From NCBI RefSeq assembly GCF_009914755.1, contig NC_060939.1: a stretch of 64,000 nt of DNA. One strand, 5' to 3'. Below, piece by piece: positions 30,630 to 47,974 of this stretch (the first letter of the stretch is position 1; every line of letters begins with the position of its first letter). The DNA comes from the human T2T-CHM13v2.0 reference genome, Homo sapiens. A model generated the notes under the pieces. It was not told the origin of the DNA. It made no database searches and was given only the letters and a program-made list of their open reading frames with translations. Both the position numbers and the translations under genes were made by a program.

Positions 30630-31284
30630 TTGGAGTAACACAAAAAGACTCACTAACTTCACATATAGAAACTTAGTTTGTGTACATAACAATATGAATT
30701 TTGAGAAGTATAAGCTGTCAACTAGCTATTTCTAATACGGAATAGATATTTTACAATATGGTTAAACTTTACACATGGCCTCAAAACTGAAGGACAATTT
30801 TAATTTCGTCTTCAATATACCAACGTTATGTATTTAGGAATTAATTCCTGGGTTCTGTCACAGAGAGGAAATTCCATTCTTAAGCATTATGTTGAGTGGT
30901 CATCTAAAAAATGTTAATTTATATTTAACTGAGTGTTTGATGATGGTGGGGTCAAGGCAGGAAAACGATGATCATAACTGCCTTGATAAAAGGATCCTAG
31001 ACATGTATAAGTCTGCGCAAAAATCTTGATAATCCTTAGTGGTTAAGGGCAACTTCATGCAACCAAATAACATGAAATTAAATCAGTAACTTTTAAAAAA
31101 GGCTAAAATGTCTTTTCCCCCCGAAACACAACAGAGAGGAATATGAATAATGTACATACAAACTGGGGTTCTGTCAATGACAACAAGGACTATGTGTTGG
31201 TTCATATCAAATCCAAGAATATTAGACAACCAAACATATAACCTTCTTGTGGTTTCTCTTAATATGCAGCATTCATTATGGTAG

Positions 31285-31290
31285 TTAGGT
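31285..31290 (-). CDS. HDGFL3: HDGFL3 terminal exon 6 coding part (ACC TAA = T, stop); 3' UTR continues leftwards
   Basis: Strong minus-strand acceptor (tttctttc T14 acag|) followed by ACC TAA, then a long repeat-free AU-rich region. Confidence 0.9.
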   Translation of the reverse strand, partial: T

Positions 31291-32495
31291 CTGTAAAAAA
31301 AAAAAAAAGAAAGAAAACAAGCCTTTAGATGATTTAGGATACTAACAATGAGAGCTATCCACACCCAGATAGTACATAATTGGGTTTTCTGAAATTTTAA
31401 TATGCACTGCAGCATTAACAATACTTACTGAGCAAGAGCAGCTTCTGTGGCTTTGCTTTAGACCTGTCAGTGCAAAAAGTTAAAGGAAATCCTAGGGTAT
31501 TTTTAGTGTCCCATAGAAAAAAATTATAAACCTTGTCTACTGTCTGTTAGGACAGAGTGCAGCAGTGCACATTCTACAATTCTAGGACTATGTTTATTGC
31601 TGGAATACATCATCAGTGGAGAAATTGATATAATCTATCTTTGTGAGGACATTCTTCAGAAAGAAAGGTAAGCTGTGTAAAATTTAAAAAGCACTTAGAG
31701 TGTGCACCAATTAATCTTCAGAATATTTATAACTTAATTACTTGTGACACATAGCTCAAACAAATGTAGAAGTTAATCATGATGTACAAAGTCTCTGACT
31801 TCTTGCTTTTAAAAAAAACATAAAGAATAAGAGGAAGCCTAGATTTCTTTTAAAATTTAGATGGCATCCGTGTGACAAACAGAAAATAAAACATTTGTTT
31901 CATAAAAGAATTATGTTTCTATTTGGGTCCCACTTTAAATTGTGTCTGGTTCTATTTCCCCAAAAGGATGCTATTTTTTCCCCCTCATCATTAACCCAAA
32001 TATATTAAACCCCCTAGTAATACCCTCATGGGATGAATGAAAGAGGGAACTCAGCCCTCAAATATTTTTTCTAAAAACAGCCTGCTTCCACTCTTAATTT
32101 CACTAAATGAATGAACATGTTTGTAAGCACATGTGCACACTGATGGGTATGTTCTCATTCAGACAGCCCAACATGTATACTAAATGGTATATATTATAAT
32201 AAACGATTCCAGGACCTTCAAAGGAGAGAGAGTTACCAAAACTTCCATCCCCCTAAGATGGCAGAAATATACTTTTTATCCTTCTGTCCCTATTAAAATG
32301 AGGAAGTAAATCTTTAAAAAAAAAGTTTGAAATTTGTGAACTTAAAAAATGGAGTGCCTGGTGACTCCTAATTATTTCTTAACAAAAACACCAGTTATAA
32401 GATTATACTCACAGATACTTTGGAGGATCTTCCTCCCTTGTGAAGGAGGAAGACACCCATTAGAACAATGAAAAATTGTTAGTCAACCAAAGAAA

Positions 32496-32798
32496 CTTTT
32501 TTTTTTTTTTTTTTTGAGACAGAGTCTCGCTCTGTCACCTAGGCTGGAGTACAGTGGCGTGATGTGAGCTCACTGCAACCTCCACCTCCCCGGTTCAAGT
32601 GATTCTCCTGCCTCAGCCTCCTGAGTAGCTGGGATTACAGGTGTGTGCTACCATGCCCGGCTAATTTTTGTATTTTTAGTAGAGATGGGATTTCACCACG
32701 TTGGTCAGGCTGGTCTCAAACTCCTGACCTTGTGATCTGCCTGGCTCGGCGGCCTCCCAAAGTGCTGGGATTACAGGCGTGAGCCACCGTGCCTGGCC
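32496..32798 (-). mobile_element. Alu (AluS-like)
   Basis: T20 tail, full antisense body. Confidence 0.95.
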
Positions 32799-33607
32799 GA
32801 AACCTTCTTTAACAATGTTTTCTTATTATTACTGTGAAAGGCAATAAATTCTATGTTTATCTTGGTAGAATAATCACAGTAAAAACTACTCAATCCACAT
32901 CAAAGAATATTTTTGGAACAGGTGGTCCCATGGCAGCCTCAGAGTAGTATTAATACCCCAAACAAAGTGAAGGGAGCACCAAGAATGTGACTATAGTTTT
33001 AAGGACATGCTTTTTGTGGTCTTTAAACAAGGTGCTGTCAAATGGGTGCTTTGTAAAAGCAAATTACAAAATCTGAGATTAAAAAATTCTCATACCATAA
33101 TCACTTTGCATCTATGTATTGAAAACTGCATCTTGCTAATTCATCATGGTATATATTCTGGACATGGTACTCTGACTGTCTCCTAGATCTGAAGTCTCCT
33201 CTGAGTAAGTAGCCACAAGTGGTTCCTTATGCACTGGTTGCCATGCACCCCTATATTAGATAATGGCTGAAGAATCCAATCGGATTCTCTCTGGAGGTAT
33301 CTAAATGTGAGGCACACTGAGAGGCTATAGGGTGGTAGCAAAACTGAAGGATACCCAGAACACTGTAAGCAGAAGCTATGAAACAACAGAAGCCGTAAGG
33401 ATCTTTTCAAGGAGTACCATTTTGATATGAAGGAATGATAATATTCAATATGGCTATGCAGACTGGGCAATTTGGCACGTTATAACAAATAAGTAACTTA
33501 TTACTTGCAGAAAAACAACTGTTTTTTGCCAATGATAAAATTTGAGTGTTCAGTGAAAACTAGAATTTCAAATCCTCCATGACTGACAGTTTTCCAATAT
33601 TTAAAGA

Positions 33608-33764
33608 CTTTTTTTTTAGAGACAGGGTCTTGCTCTTGTGCCCATGCTAAGTGTAGCGGTGTGATCACAGCTCACTGCAGCCTTGAACTCCTGGCCTCAA
33701 GCTATCCTCCTGCCTCAGCCTATCAAAGTGCTGGGGTTACAGGTGTGAGCCACCAAACTTGGCC
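33608..33764 (-). mobile_element. Monomeric Alu (FRAM/FAM-like)
   Basis: Single arm; TSD ccaata(t/c)ttaaagactttt. Confidence 0.88.
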
Positions 33765-33916
33765 CCAATACTTAAAGACTTTTCTGATGAGATAGGTAGT
33801 GATATTAAAAATGTGATTAAAAACATTTTGTACTGAAATGAGTGAATATTTGGAAGACCCAAGTAATTCAGAAAACCTATATTTTCTAACTGGGGGAAAG
33901 CTATTCAGAGCGCTAG

Positions 33917-34685
33917 ACAAACAGGCATATGAAGAAAAGCTCAGTATCGCTGATCATTAGAGAAATGCAAATCAAAACTGCAGTGACATACCATTTCACA
34001 CAACTCAATGGCTATTACTAAAAAGTCAAAAAATAACAGATGCTGGCAAGGTTGCAGAGAAAAGGGAACGCTTATATGCTGTTGGTGGGAGTGTAAATTA
34101 GTTCAACCATTGTGGAAATCAGTAGGGCAATTCCTCAAAGAGCTAAAAATAGAACTACCATTCAACCCAGCAATCCCATTACTGCTTATATACCCAAAGT
34201 AATATAAATCATTCTACCATAAAGACACATGCATGAGAATGTTCACTGCAGCACTCGCTATATACAATAGTAAAGAAATGGAATCAACCTAAATGCCCAT
34301 CAATGACAGATTGGATAAAGAAAATGTGGTACATATATACCATGGAATACTATGCAGCCATTAAAAAGAGTGAGAGCATGTCTTTTGTGGGAACATGCAT
34401 AGAGCTAGAGGCCATTATCCTTAACAAACTAACACAGGAACAGAAAACCAGATACCGCGTGTTCTTGCTTATAAGTGGAAGCTAAATAATGAGAACTCAT
34501 GGACACAAAGAGGGGAACAATGGACACTAGGGCCTACTGGAGGGTAAAGGAGAGGAGGAAGAGGATCAGAAAAAGTAACTATTGGATACTAGGCTTAGAA
34601 CCCAGGGTAACAACAAACACCTGTGACATGAGTTAACCTTTAATAATAAATCTGCACATGTACTCCCTGAAGTTTAAAAAAAAAG
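33917..34685 (+). mobile_element. L1 3' fragment (older L1PA-like): ORF2 C-terminus, 3' UTR, A tail
   Basis: ORFs 34008..34202 and 34303..34485 read as L1 ORF2 end (CWWECKLVQPLWK; WIKKMWYIYTMEYYAAIKK). Confidence 0.93.
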
Positions 34686-35039
34686 CAAGACGATTAAGAT
34701 ACTCATATCACCATTTTTCAATTAAATATCTGTATAATACCAGATTTTCTTCATATACCTTCAACCACAATTACATATTACAATAAAGAGAATGCAGAAA
34801 TAGATATGAGGATCTAGTTGTCTTCTATCAAATCAGACATTAAAAAGATTTGCAAAAATGTAAAAATGTCTTTCTGCAAACTTTTCTGTGAAATGTTATT
34901 TTCATAAAAATGCTATTTAAGTAATGGATTTATTATATTAAATGAATTAAGTATTTTTAAAATTTGTTTTTATTTCTAATTAAATAAATATCATTAACGA
35001 TCACATATATAAACAAAGCTCTTTGGGGCCCTTAATAAC

Positions 35040-35307
35040 TTTTTTTTTTGAGACGGAGTCTTGCTCTGTCACCCAGGCTGGAGTACAGTGGCACAATCTC
35101 AGCTCACTGCAATCTCCGCCTCCCAGGTTTAATCAATTCTGCCTCAGCTTCCTGAGTAGCTGGGATTACGGGCACATGCCACCACGCCCAGCTAATTTTG
35201 TATTTTTTGTAGAGATGGGGTTTCACCATGTTGGCCAGGCTGGTGTTGAACTCCTGACCTCAGGTGACCCACCCACCTTGGCCTCCCAAAGTGTTGAGAT
35301 TACAGGC
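35040..35307 (-). mobile_element. Alu, lacking ~20 nt of its 5' end
   Basis: Antisense body ends at ...gagattacaggc. Confidence 0.95.
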
Positions 35308-35318
35308 CCCTTAAAGGG

Positions 35319-35735
<417 letters not shown>

Positions 35736-36304
35736 TTAATCTTGTGGGGCACTGGGGAGATATAAGGCAGCAGCCACTATACTGTAGAAAGAACGGGTTC
35801 AGGGTCAGAAGAATAAAGGCATGGCCACATGGTAAATCGTTACAGTAAACATTGTAGCTATCATTCCAATGTTTATCCTCTGTCCCTCCCTCCAGTTGTG
35901 TGGTAGCCTTGTGTTTTTTTTGTTTGTTTGTTTTTAATGATATAAGACTTTATTGTCATTTGAGGGTCTGTTTTCCAAATAATCTCTAGTAAATATATTG
36001 GAATAATTACAAATTTTAAGTCCCAACTTACCGATACGGCACGATTCTCAGACCTTCCCCTCCACTGACTGCCAGGCAATCGTCAGCACCAGACAAGGCT
36101 GCCCACCACTAGTATCTTTCACTGCAGCCCTCCTGGACTCAAGCAATTCTCCCGCCTCAGCCCCCCAGGTAGTTGGGACTACAGGCGGATGCCATAGCTG
36201 TGTGGTAACCTTGTGATTTAGCGACCTGAATCCAGCTCCAGGGGTGTGGAGAACCTGAATGGTGTGAGCCAGTTCTAATCCTCTTGTATCAGTAGTTGGT
36301 TTAG

Positions 36305-36907
36305 GGATAGGTAGCCTTCTGATATAGTCTCCAATGATTCCTGCCTCCGGTATCTCTACATCACATTCTTGTGTAATCACCGCCCCTTTAGTGTGGGCTG
36401 GACCTAGTGACTTGCTTGTAATAAACAGAATGAAGCAAAAGTGATGGGATGTCACTTCTGAGATTAGGTTACAAAAGACTGACTTCTGTTTGCCAGCACT
36501 CTCTCTTACTGACACTTTACTGCTTACTCTGATGAAGCCAGCTGCCATGCTGTGAGCTGCCTCATGGTGAGATCCATGGGGCAAGGCATCAGAGGAGGCC
36601 TCTGGGAAACAACTCATGAGGAACTGAGGCCTCCAGTCCAACAACCGTGAGGAGCTGAATCCTGCCAGGAACAATTTGAGTGATCTTAGAAGAGGATCCA
36701 TCCCCAGTTGAGCCTTAAGATGATCTGAGTTCCTGCTGACACCTGGACTGCATTTTGGTATCTCAGTTCCTTTTGCAAGAGACCCAGAGCCAGAGGATTT
36801 AGCAAGTTGCACCTGAATGGACTGTTGATGAGTCTTGAAAAGATGAGATAATAAATGCTGCTTTAAGTCACTAGTTTTCAGTTACATGGCAATAGATAAC
36901 TAATACA
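36305..36907 (+). mobile_element. MaLR solo LTR (MLT1E-like)
   Basis: gtgtgggctggacctagtgacttgctt...gggatgtcacttctgagattaggttacaaaaga...gcaatagataactaataca. Confidence 0.8.
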
Positions 36908-37769
36908 GTAGGTGTAAGCCAATCAGTGCATGGTGTCCTCCTGGCCACAGATGAGTAACTTTCACCTTCTATCCATATGAATCGAAGGAACTCCAAGCAT
37001 TCTAGATAAGGGCGCCTGCTCCTTTCTGTCTCCTTCTGCTAGTGGCAGAAGGGAGGAAGTACTCAGAGAGCCTCTGGGAGCAAAAAGGGACCCTCGTAAA
37101 AATCTCTTCTTTCTTTCCCTTAACAATATGCATAACATCAACCCATCATCTGCTTTGAGACCATCAGGCTTTTTATCATTATGCCCTTTATCCTAGCTTA
37201 CTCTGGATACTATAAGATGGGCTCCAGAGCACCCATCACTTCCTGAACTCATATCCCCAGTCAGCTTTGCACAGGTCCTTTTACGGCCTCATTTCTTAAC
37301 AGAACCCCCAACCCCATTCTTTAATCTCTTCTACTGGGCCCCCTGAAAACCACGGTTAGCCATTAGCAAAACTCCTATATTCTCAATTTGAATTTCCAAG
37401 AAATTCCACTCAACAACTTGTTCTAACTAAAACCTGTTTTCTTCTAAGGGCAGTGCTGCCTCTTTCCCTGTAACCCTCTCAAATGGTAGCTCTGTTCTCT
37501 CCCACAGCTCTTGTACTACTACTTGCCCTGGAGGTGGAGAAGGTGTCCTTCTTGCTCCTCCCTACTATTTATAAGCTATTCATTCTCTCCCCTGTGCCCT
37601 ACCTTCCCTGAAAATAAAAGCCTCCCAGTTTTGAATCTCAGTGTAAGCTACTCCCCTCCTTCCTGCAATCATCTACAGACTCCCTGGATTATTCTCCTTA
37701 CTCTTTAAAGATTTCACTTCTGGCCCTCTGTCATTCATCATAATTCCTGTGATTTCAATATCCACATAG

Positions 37770-38191
<422 letters not shown>

Positions 38192-39032
38192 CCATGGTTC
38201 TTTCTTAAAACAAGTGATTCACAACCACTGGGAGTAACTGTAAATACTGTCTTAAGCCACTGTTTTGAAAGCAAAATTATGTAGGCATTTTAGGTTATTA
38301 TTAAGAACTCTGGGGTTCTACTGGCATTTAACACACAGGGCCATGGGTACTAAATGTCTTGTGATGTAGACAGTGCTCGTACAATGAAGAATTAAGTGTC
38401 CCACTGGAAATACTAGTAGCACCTGCACTGTCATCGGCAACTACTGCAACCTTTCCATGATTCTATTCAAATACCTCACTCTTCTATCACCATTTATATT
38501 TCCAGGTCATACTCAAACTCTGTTGACTCTCTCCCTTTCTCATTTACATCTTTCCTCTTAAGATATGTTGGATTCCATGGTCCATTGTTATAATCCTTGT
38601 ACACATCCTTGATTCCCTGGCCTCTAATCTTCTTTACCCTACTCTCTGCGAAAACCTTAATTCTAGTTAAATTCAATTATCTGTCCTCTCTGTGACTGAA
38701 TAATTGAATATGCCTGGAGAAAAACACACAACCATTGTGACCCCTCTCACTTTAAATTCAAGACCACTGGTCTCAAGCAAGCCTTTAGTATTACCTGGCA
38801 ATTCAACTTCATTTCCCAAGTTCATTCATTCTCTTATTCTTCTAAATGACTATTTTGTACCTTTTTCTCTCTCTTGAATCTTCCAACATTTTTTCCTATT
38901 CTCAGTCTCAAATGCTAACCTTGTTCCTTAAGAAAATAGAAGCAATCAGGTAAGAATTTCTACAAGCTCTCACCCCAAGTATCTACTTACCTGTATCCGT
39001 GCCCAAATACTCTGCCTTTCCTTCCAATTTAA

Positions 39033-39375
<343 letters not shown>

Positions 39376-39569
39376 CCTACCTTCTTGCTTTCTAAAGGAC
39401 ACTGCTTCAGCAATTCTTTCTTACATTATCATTTTGTGATCATTTCTGACTTGGATCATTCTTACTAGCATATGTAAATTCTCCCATCAAGAAAAAAAAA
39501 GACCTTCCTTGAACTTCTATCCCAGACCATGACTATTAAATATTTGAAAACTAAAACTATTCAATTAGC

Positions 39570-41000
<1,431 letters not shown>

Positions 41001-41976
41001 ATGTTCTAGTTTTTAGGTTCGGTGGTAGGGTCACTTTATAGCTTTATAACCTTATATTTATATATATTATTTTGTATATAACAAATATATCATTAAAAAT
41101 AGGCTCTTGCTTCCCACTTGAGCTCTTACTAGCTGTGTGATCCTAGGCCAATTCTTTCAGTCTCAGTTTCCCCAACTAAAAAGCAAAAGCAATACCTGCA
41201 CCTACCTCCTGAAGTTTGTATGAGGATTAAATGAGATAATGAATGCAGACCACGCACAATATGTGGCACACAGGATACTAGTGCTAGCTGTAGCAGCTAT
41301 TATGTTCTAAGGTGCTTTCAAGAAGAAATGGTTTTATTAGTGGTTAGAACAATGAATCTACAATGCATAGGATATATAGAATGAAAACGTAATCAGTAAA
41401 GTTGAAATCATATGAATGGATAAGATGAACACAAGATGTTTTCAGAGTAGAAGTGTGCCAAGTCAGACTGAAGGAAGGAGCTCTAGAAAGAGACTAAGAA
41501 GGAACAGGGAGAGGAAGCAGAACAGATTGGTAACCTAGAGGAAAAGTCAGGAGGAGAAATGTCTGATAGTATTAAATTTTGCAGAGGTGAAAACGAAGAC
41601 TAAATGAGACGTTGGATCGGGCAAGGAGAGGATCACTAGGAACCTTTACAAGAGCAATTTCAATGAAGTGGTCAAAGAAGAAATAAGAGTGCAATGGGTT
41701 AAGTCATCAGGAGGAGGAGAGGAAATGGAGACTGGGAGAAAAGATCATTCTTTTTACGAAGTTAGAGATGAAGGGAAAAGTGAAAAGGGTAAAATATAAG
41801 ATGGAAGGGAGGTATCATCAAGATTAAGGGAGACCTTAGGCTGTTTATAGGCAGAGGGGAAGGAGCCAGTGGAAAAGAAGATGTGGTATAGAAGAAGGGG
41901 ACGAATGACTGGGTGTGCTTTGGAGAAAACAGGAGGAGATAATATTCTGAACCATGACAATAGAAAGATGTAAATT

Positions 41977-42140
41977 AGTGCTTCTCAGACTTTCATGTGC
42001 ATATGAATTACTTGGGGTTGAGTTAAAATGCAGATTCCGATTCAGAATCTGGAGTTTCGGGCAGGTCTGAGATTCTCCATTTCTAACAAGCTCCTACCTA
42101 ATGTTGATGCTACTGGTTCACTGACCACATTCTGAGTATT
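41977..42140. mobile_element. MER5-type hAT MITE
   Basis: tagtgcttctcagact...aaaatgcagattcc...catttctaacaagctcc...gaccacattctgagta. Confidence 0.7.
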
Positions 42141-43231
42141 AAGGGGGTAGGACAACTCTTCCTTTGTCATGAGAAGTGCATCTAGAAATAAGTTTGGTAG
42201 TAAAGGGAAGAGAAATTGTTGGAGTTGTTGCTACTTGCATATTGAAGCGACCTGACATAAAGGTAGCAGGTCGAATAGAAAGAAAATCAAGTGAGCCAGG
42301 TGTTCAAGTTCTCAGTGACTGTTAGCAGGTATATGTCCCTGGGAAGGCTGCTGGCAAAAGTAATGATAGAGGACTACTTATTAAAGAAAAGTCAAGAGGA
42401 TGAAGATAAGCAGAGGATAGAGTAGGGCTGAGCTGGGTGAGAGGAATAAGAGAACAATCAGAATCATAATACTTTGGGAGTAATTATAGATAACTGGGAT
42501 GAAGGAAGAAAAGAGTTGAGAGGTAAACAGGACTGACATGAACAGGCAAGAACTCAGCTGAAACCAGATAAATTTCTTAGGTCATTATTTTTAAATGATT
42601 TGACATTGTCTAACTAGTCTTCATAGAGGAAAGACTCATGGAAAATGCATGGGGGCAAAATTTGCCTTCATCAAGTTTTTTACAAAGGTGGACTTACCTG
42701 TGCTTTGAAGTTAACAAAGGTTAACAAAAGTTATGAAGAGTCATCATAGACAAATTTGTCCCTAGGGGTACTTTAAATATCAATATTCAAACATTGCTTG
42801 CATATTTAAAGTCCTCATGGGTACAATGAATTACACACTGCTTCTGGGAAAGAAGCAGCAGTATGTAATACTCTATTTTGAACATGCCATTGATTTTGTG
42901 ATAACAGAAATACAACTGTTGAATTTTGAGGTGGCATTTCATAATTTCAGTATTTCACATTGTACTTTAAAAAGACTCTAAAGTTAGTATAAAGAAAAAT
43001 AAACCTGTTCATAGAGATCCAAATTGACAGGCAGGTATAATTCTCACTTGGCTCTTTTGTTCAGACTCTAAGAATTTGATTATATTAAAGGGCTGAGTGG
43101 ATGCATATAATAGGCTGAGAATACTTCTCCATTTATCAACACAATGTTTACTAATGCTGACATATGGATGCTGAATCTGAAGCAAAATGTCTTCTAATAG
43201 AAGGTAAGAGAAATTATAAGCACATCCTTAC

Positions 43232-43378
43232 CCCTTCACTGGTTTTCTGCAAGTCTGAAGTTGTGTTTCTTGTGTCGTTGCCCGCATCTCCACCCTCAGA
43301 GCTGCTTTTGTTTTCCTCTTCTTTGCAGTCTTTGTCATCTTCATCTCCTGGAGATTTCCGGGACTGTTTAGAGGATTT
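43232..43378 (-). CDS. HDGFL3: HDGFL3 exon 5 (147 nt; KSSKQSRKSPGDEDD...LQKTSEG)
   Basis: catttag|, GGG|gtaagg; phase 0/0. Confidence 0.96.
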
Positions 43379-44290
43379 CTAAATGTTTAGACAAGTTAAA
43401 TATTATAGTCAAAAGCAGAAATCCAAATGTACAAGTAAGAGATGCAGAAATAGCTGACTTGCATCTATCTAGTTTTAGTGGTTGATAGAGGATATACTGA
43501 CACAACATGTAGTATGCCAAGGCTGAGCTAGGTGACATTGGACAAATCATTTCACCTCATTGGACCTCAGTTTAACTAGCTGGAAAGGAAGCAGAAGTGG
43601 GCTAGGTGACCTCTTAGTTATTTCCAGCAATGTGATATTAAAAGCACAAAATGAAGATTAATGTACCTAGAACACTGTCAATGAATAAATACAGCTGGAT
43701 GGACACCACCTTAAGAAGGCTACAGAAGTGGAAGGTACCCTAAAGGTCATCTTGTCCTCCCCATCATTTTATAGTAGTGGAAATTGAAAGAAGTGAGGTG
43801 AACTATCCAAGAGAATATATAGATATTCATGCTGGAACACCTCTTGAAGCTGTTTGGCTAATGGGATACCCAGAATCATCTTGATAAAACTGTTTGATAT
43901 AAACTAATCTTTTCAATTGTGGAGCATTATTTAAGAACTCAAGGCCATACTGTGAACCAGTCCTTTTTCCTCGTCATCTTGCATTTGAAAACAAGATGAA
44001 CTCTAGAGGAAGATGAAAATACAATTAGTTTGCCTCAAGAGTTGCTTGGCAGCATTGCATTAAAATTATAGAAAGCTGGCCCCAATTGTGCGCCTTAAGA
44101 AAGTAAAATATAGTGTTTTTCTACACTTCCTCTTTGAGACATTTTAAGAGTCTTCAAGCACGTTGCAAGTAAGAGGTAAGGCAAAACTGATTTTGCCAAG
44201 TTACTTCTGGTCTTCCAGAAATGAATGAGCAAACTGAAGCTTCTTCAGATAATCAGTTTTTAAAAATGCAACTTTCAAAGAGAAAACATA

Positions 44291-44724
44291 GGCCAGGCAT
44301 GGTGGCTCACGCCTGTAATCCCAGCACTTTGGGAGGCTGAGGCGGGTGGATCACCTAAGTAAGGTCAGGAGTTTGAGATCAGCTTGGCCAACATGGCAAA
44401 ACCCTGTCTCTACTAAAACTACAAAAATTACCTGGGGCTGGGCGCAGTGGCTCACGCCTTTAATCTCAGCACTTTGGGAGGCTGTGGTGGACAGATCACC
44501 TAAGGTCAGGGGTTTGAGACCATCCTGGCCAACATGGTGAAACCCTGTCTCTACTAAAAATACAAAATTAGCTGGGTGTGGTGGCGAGAGGCCTGTAATC
44601 CCAGCTACTTGGGAGGCTGAGGCAGGAGAATCACTTGAACCTGGGAGGTGGAGGTTGCAGTGACACTCAAGCCTGGGTGACAGAGTTAGACTCTGTCTCG
44701 AAAAAAAAAAAAAAAACAAAAAAA
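44291..44724 (+). mobile_element. Trimeric Alu (left-left-right arms)
   Basis: Left arm 44291-44435, then a complete Alu; one flanking repeat aaagagaaaac. Confidence 0.92.
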
Positions 44725-44767
44725 GAGAAAACGTCCTCTAGCTGTGTGGCAGAATATATAATTAAAC

Positions 44768-44960
44768 TGTTTCTATTTTACTTAACTGAAACTACCAGCC
44801 AAGCCCAAAATGTCAGTTTAAAATGTGATTTTTACTTTTTACATGAAGGGAAACAGGGATTTAATAATACAAATGTGGAGTATTTCAAGTGACGATCAAG
44901 AATGACAATAGTAAAAGTGAAACACTTTCTCTTTATAGTATAATTATTAAAATGTAGCAA
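44768..44960 (+). repeat. ~190 bp direct repeat, copy 1
   Basis: First 30 bp identical to 46565-46594; co-linear similarity continues to ...aatgt(a/g)gcaa. Confidence 0.92.
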
Positions 44961-45007
44961 CTGCTTTATATAGTGATTTTCAAATAACAGTCCTCGATAC
45001 GCAGTTC

Positions 45008-45334
45008 TTTTTTTTTTTTTTTTTTTTTTAAGACGGAGTCTCGCTCTGTTGCCCAGGCTGGAGTGCCGTGGGGCTATCTCGGCTCACTGCAAGCTCCGCC
45101 TCCTGGGTTCACACCATGCCATTCTCCTGCCTTAGCCTCCCGAGTAGTTGGGACTATAGGTACCTGCCACCACGCCTGGCTAACTTTTTTGTATTTTTAG
45201 TAGAGATGGGGTTTCACTGTGTTAGCCAGGATGGTCTCGTTAGCCAGGATGGTCTCGATCTCCTGACCTCATGATCTGCCCGCCTCGGCCTCCCAAAGTG
45301 CTGGGATTACAGGCGTGAGCCACCATGCCTGGCC
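45008..45334 (-). mobile_element. AluY-like with an internal 18 bp tandem duplication
   Basis: gcaagctccgcc, gttagccaggatggtctc x2 (45221-45256); flanks gcagttct. Confidence 0.95.
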
Positions 45335-46019
45335 CCTGGCAGTTCTCATAATAATGAACAACTCCCTAAAATTTCTAATGCTCATAAAGGATCTTTATGA
45401 GTAACCTTATAAATTAGTTTATAAGTATTACAATTTGGCATGTATTTGGGATATACAGAATAGAATTAGGGCATTACTAGTGTTTTATTAATGAGTCACA
45501 ACATTTGGAATTCTATGAAGAAATCTGGTTGCCAAGCTCTATTTGGTAATCTTGAAAAGCTTTTCAGATTACTGAAACTCCTGTAATTTTGGAGAAGGAC
45601 TCAGTTTTATCAGTGTGGTCCTAAATTGGTTATGTGTTTGATTTTTGCTATCTTTGTTTTTTTAAACTAAAATTACTGGTGGTTTATCAACATCAGTTTA
45701 GTTTGTTGTGAGGCTCTCATTAGTCCTATTGTAAATAGTAAATAATTTGTATGCAAAATATTTTTGACCTATGATTTTCCAGTATCTGCTATGACTCAAA
45801 TATGAATAATCCATAGCCTTACTGCTAAAGAGAGAAGACATATAATCTCCCTCAAATCTACTATAGCATGACTTTTCATTGTGATTACTGAGCGTTTTCC
45901 TTAGAAAACTGAAATTAGGTGAGGTAGAGGAGACAGGTGTGGGGCCTTTTCCTCTACCCAACTGGAATGTAGTAAAAAAAAGTTTGTGAGCCACTAATTT
46001 TCCATGCAAAGGAAGACTA

Positions 46020-46436
<417 letters not shown>

Positions 46437-46446
46437 TTATGCTAGG

Positions 46447-47192
<746 letters not shown>

Positions 47193-47974
47193 TAAATGAT
47201 CATGAAGTTGTAATCTTCAAGGAAAGCAAAGGAAATGATCCCTTAATTTAAAATAGATAAACATTAGTAAGCTAAGTGTGTCTTTACCCTTTCTCTGCTT
47301 TAAATTTTAAGTCCACCCAGGTGGAGCCCCATTACTTTTGGTCTTTGTAACAAGCAATAAAATAATGGCATTTAAAAGCCACATATCCACACTATTAAAT
47401 GCCTAGGCAACATTAGGTAGCTTAGATAATTTAGGGTTGCACAACACATTAGGTGGAAGCTCAGCAGGCAATCACAAATTAAGTAAAATCAATTCAAGTA
47501 GGTGTTTAAATGAAGTGCAAAATGCTAAAAGAAATTCAGCTTAAAAAAGTAATTACAATGGAAGATAAAGTCTGACAAGAAAAATTCTAATTACTTTGTC
47601 GTCATTTGCAAACTTTATCCCCATCCAAGGCAATCACATGTTTTTCATTAGGTACACAGGAAACAATGCTGCATTCACACAATTCTGCCTGTATGCCAGT
47701 TGGGTAAGATTTTATATACTGCCAAAATAAATGCTGATAATCTAATAAACTCTAGGTACTTGTTTTTAGAGTTTCCTAAGTGTATTCAGTCACTAAACAC
47801 CAGAATTTAAATAGAAGTAATTTATCCAGGTATTCAATCATGTGACAGACCAATTATAGTGAAACCTGTACCAATCTTTGGTCTTCAAGGATCCATTTAT
47901 CTTGCTTTCAGTTTCTAAAAGGTGAATAATTTTCACAATCTCAGAGTTCTTTCCATTGTATTTCTGGATTACCA

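Noticed and set aside
36048-36812. 254 aa minus-strand ORF
   Set aside because: Antisense reading of an MLT1 LTR and an Alu fragment, with a non-ATG start.
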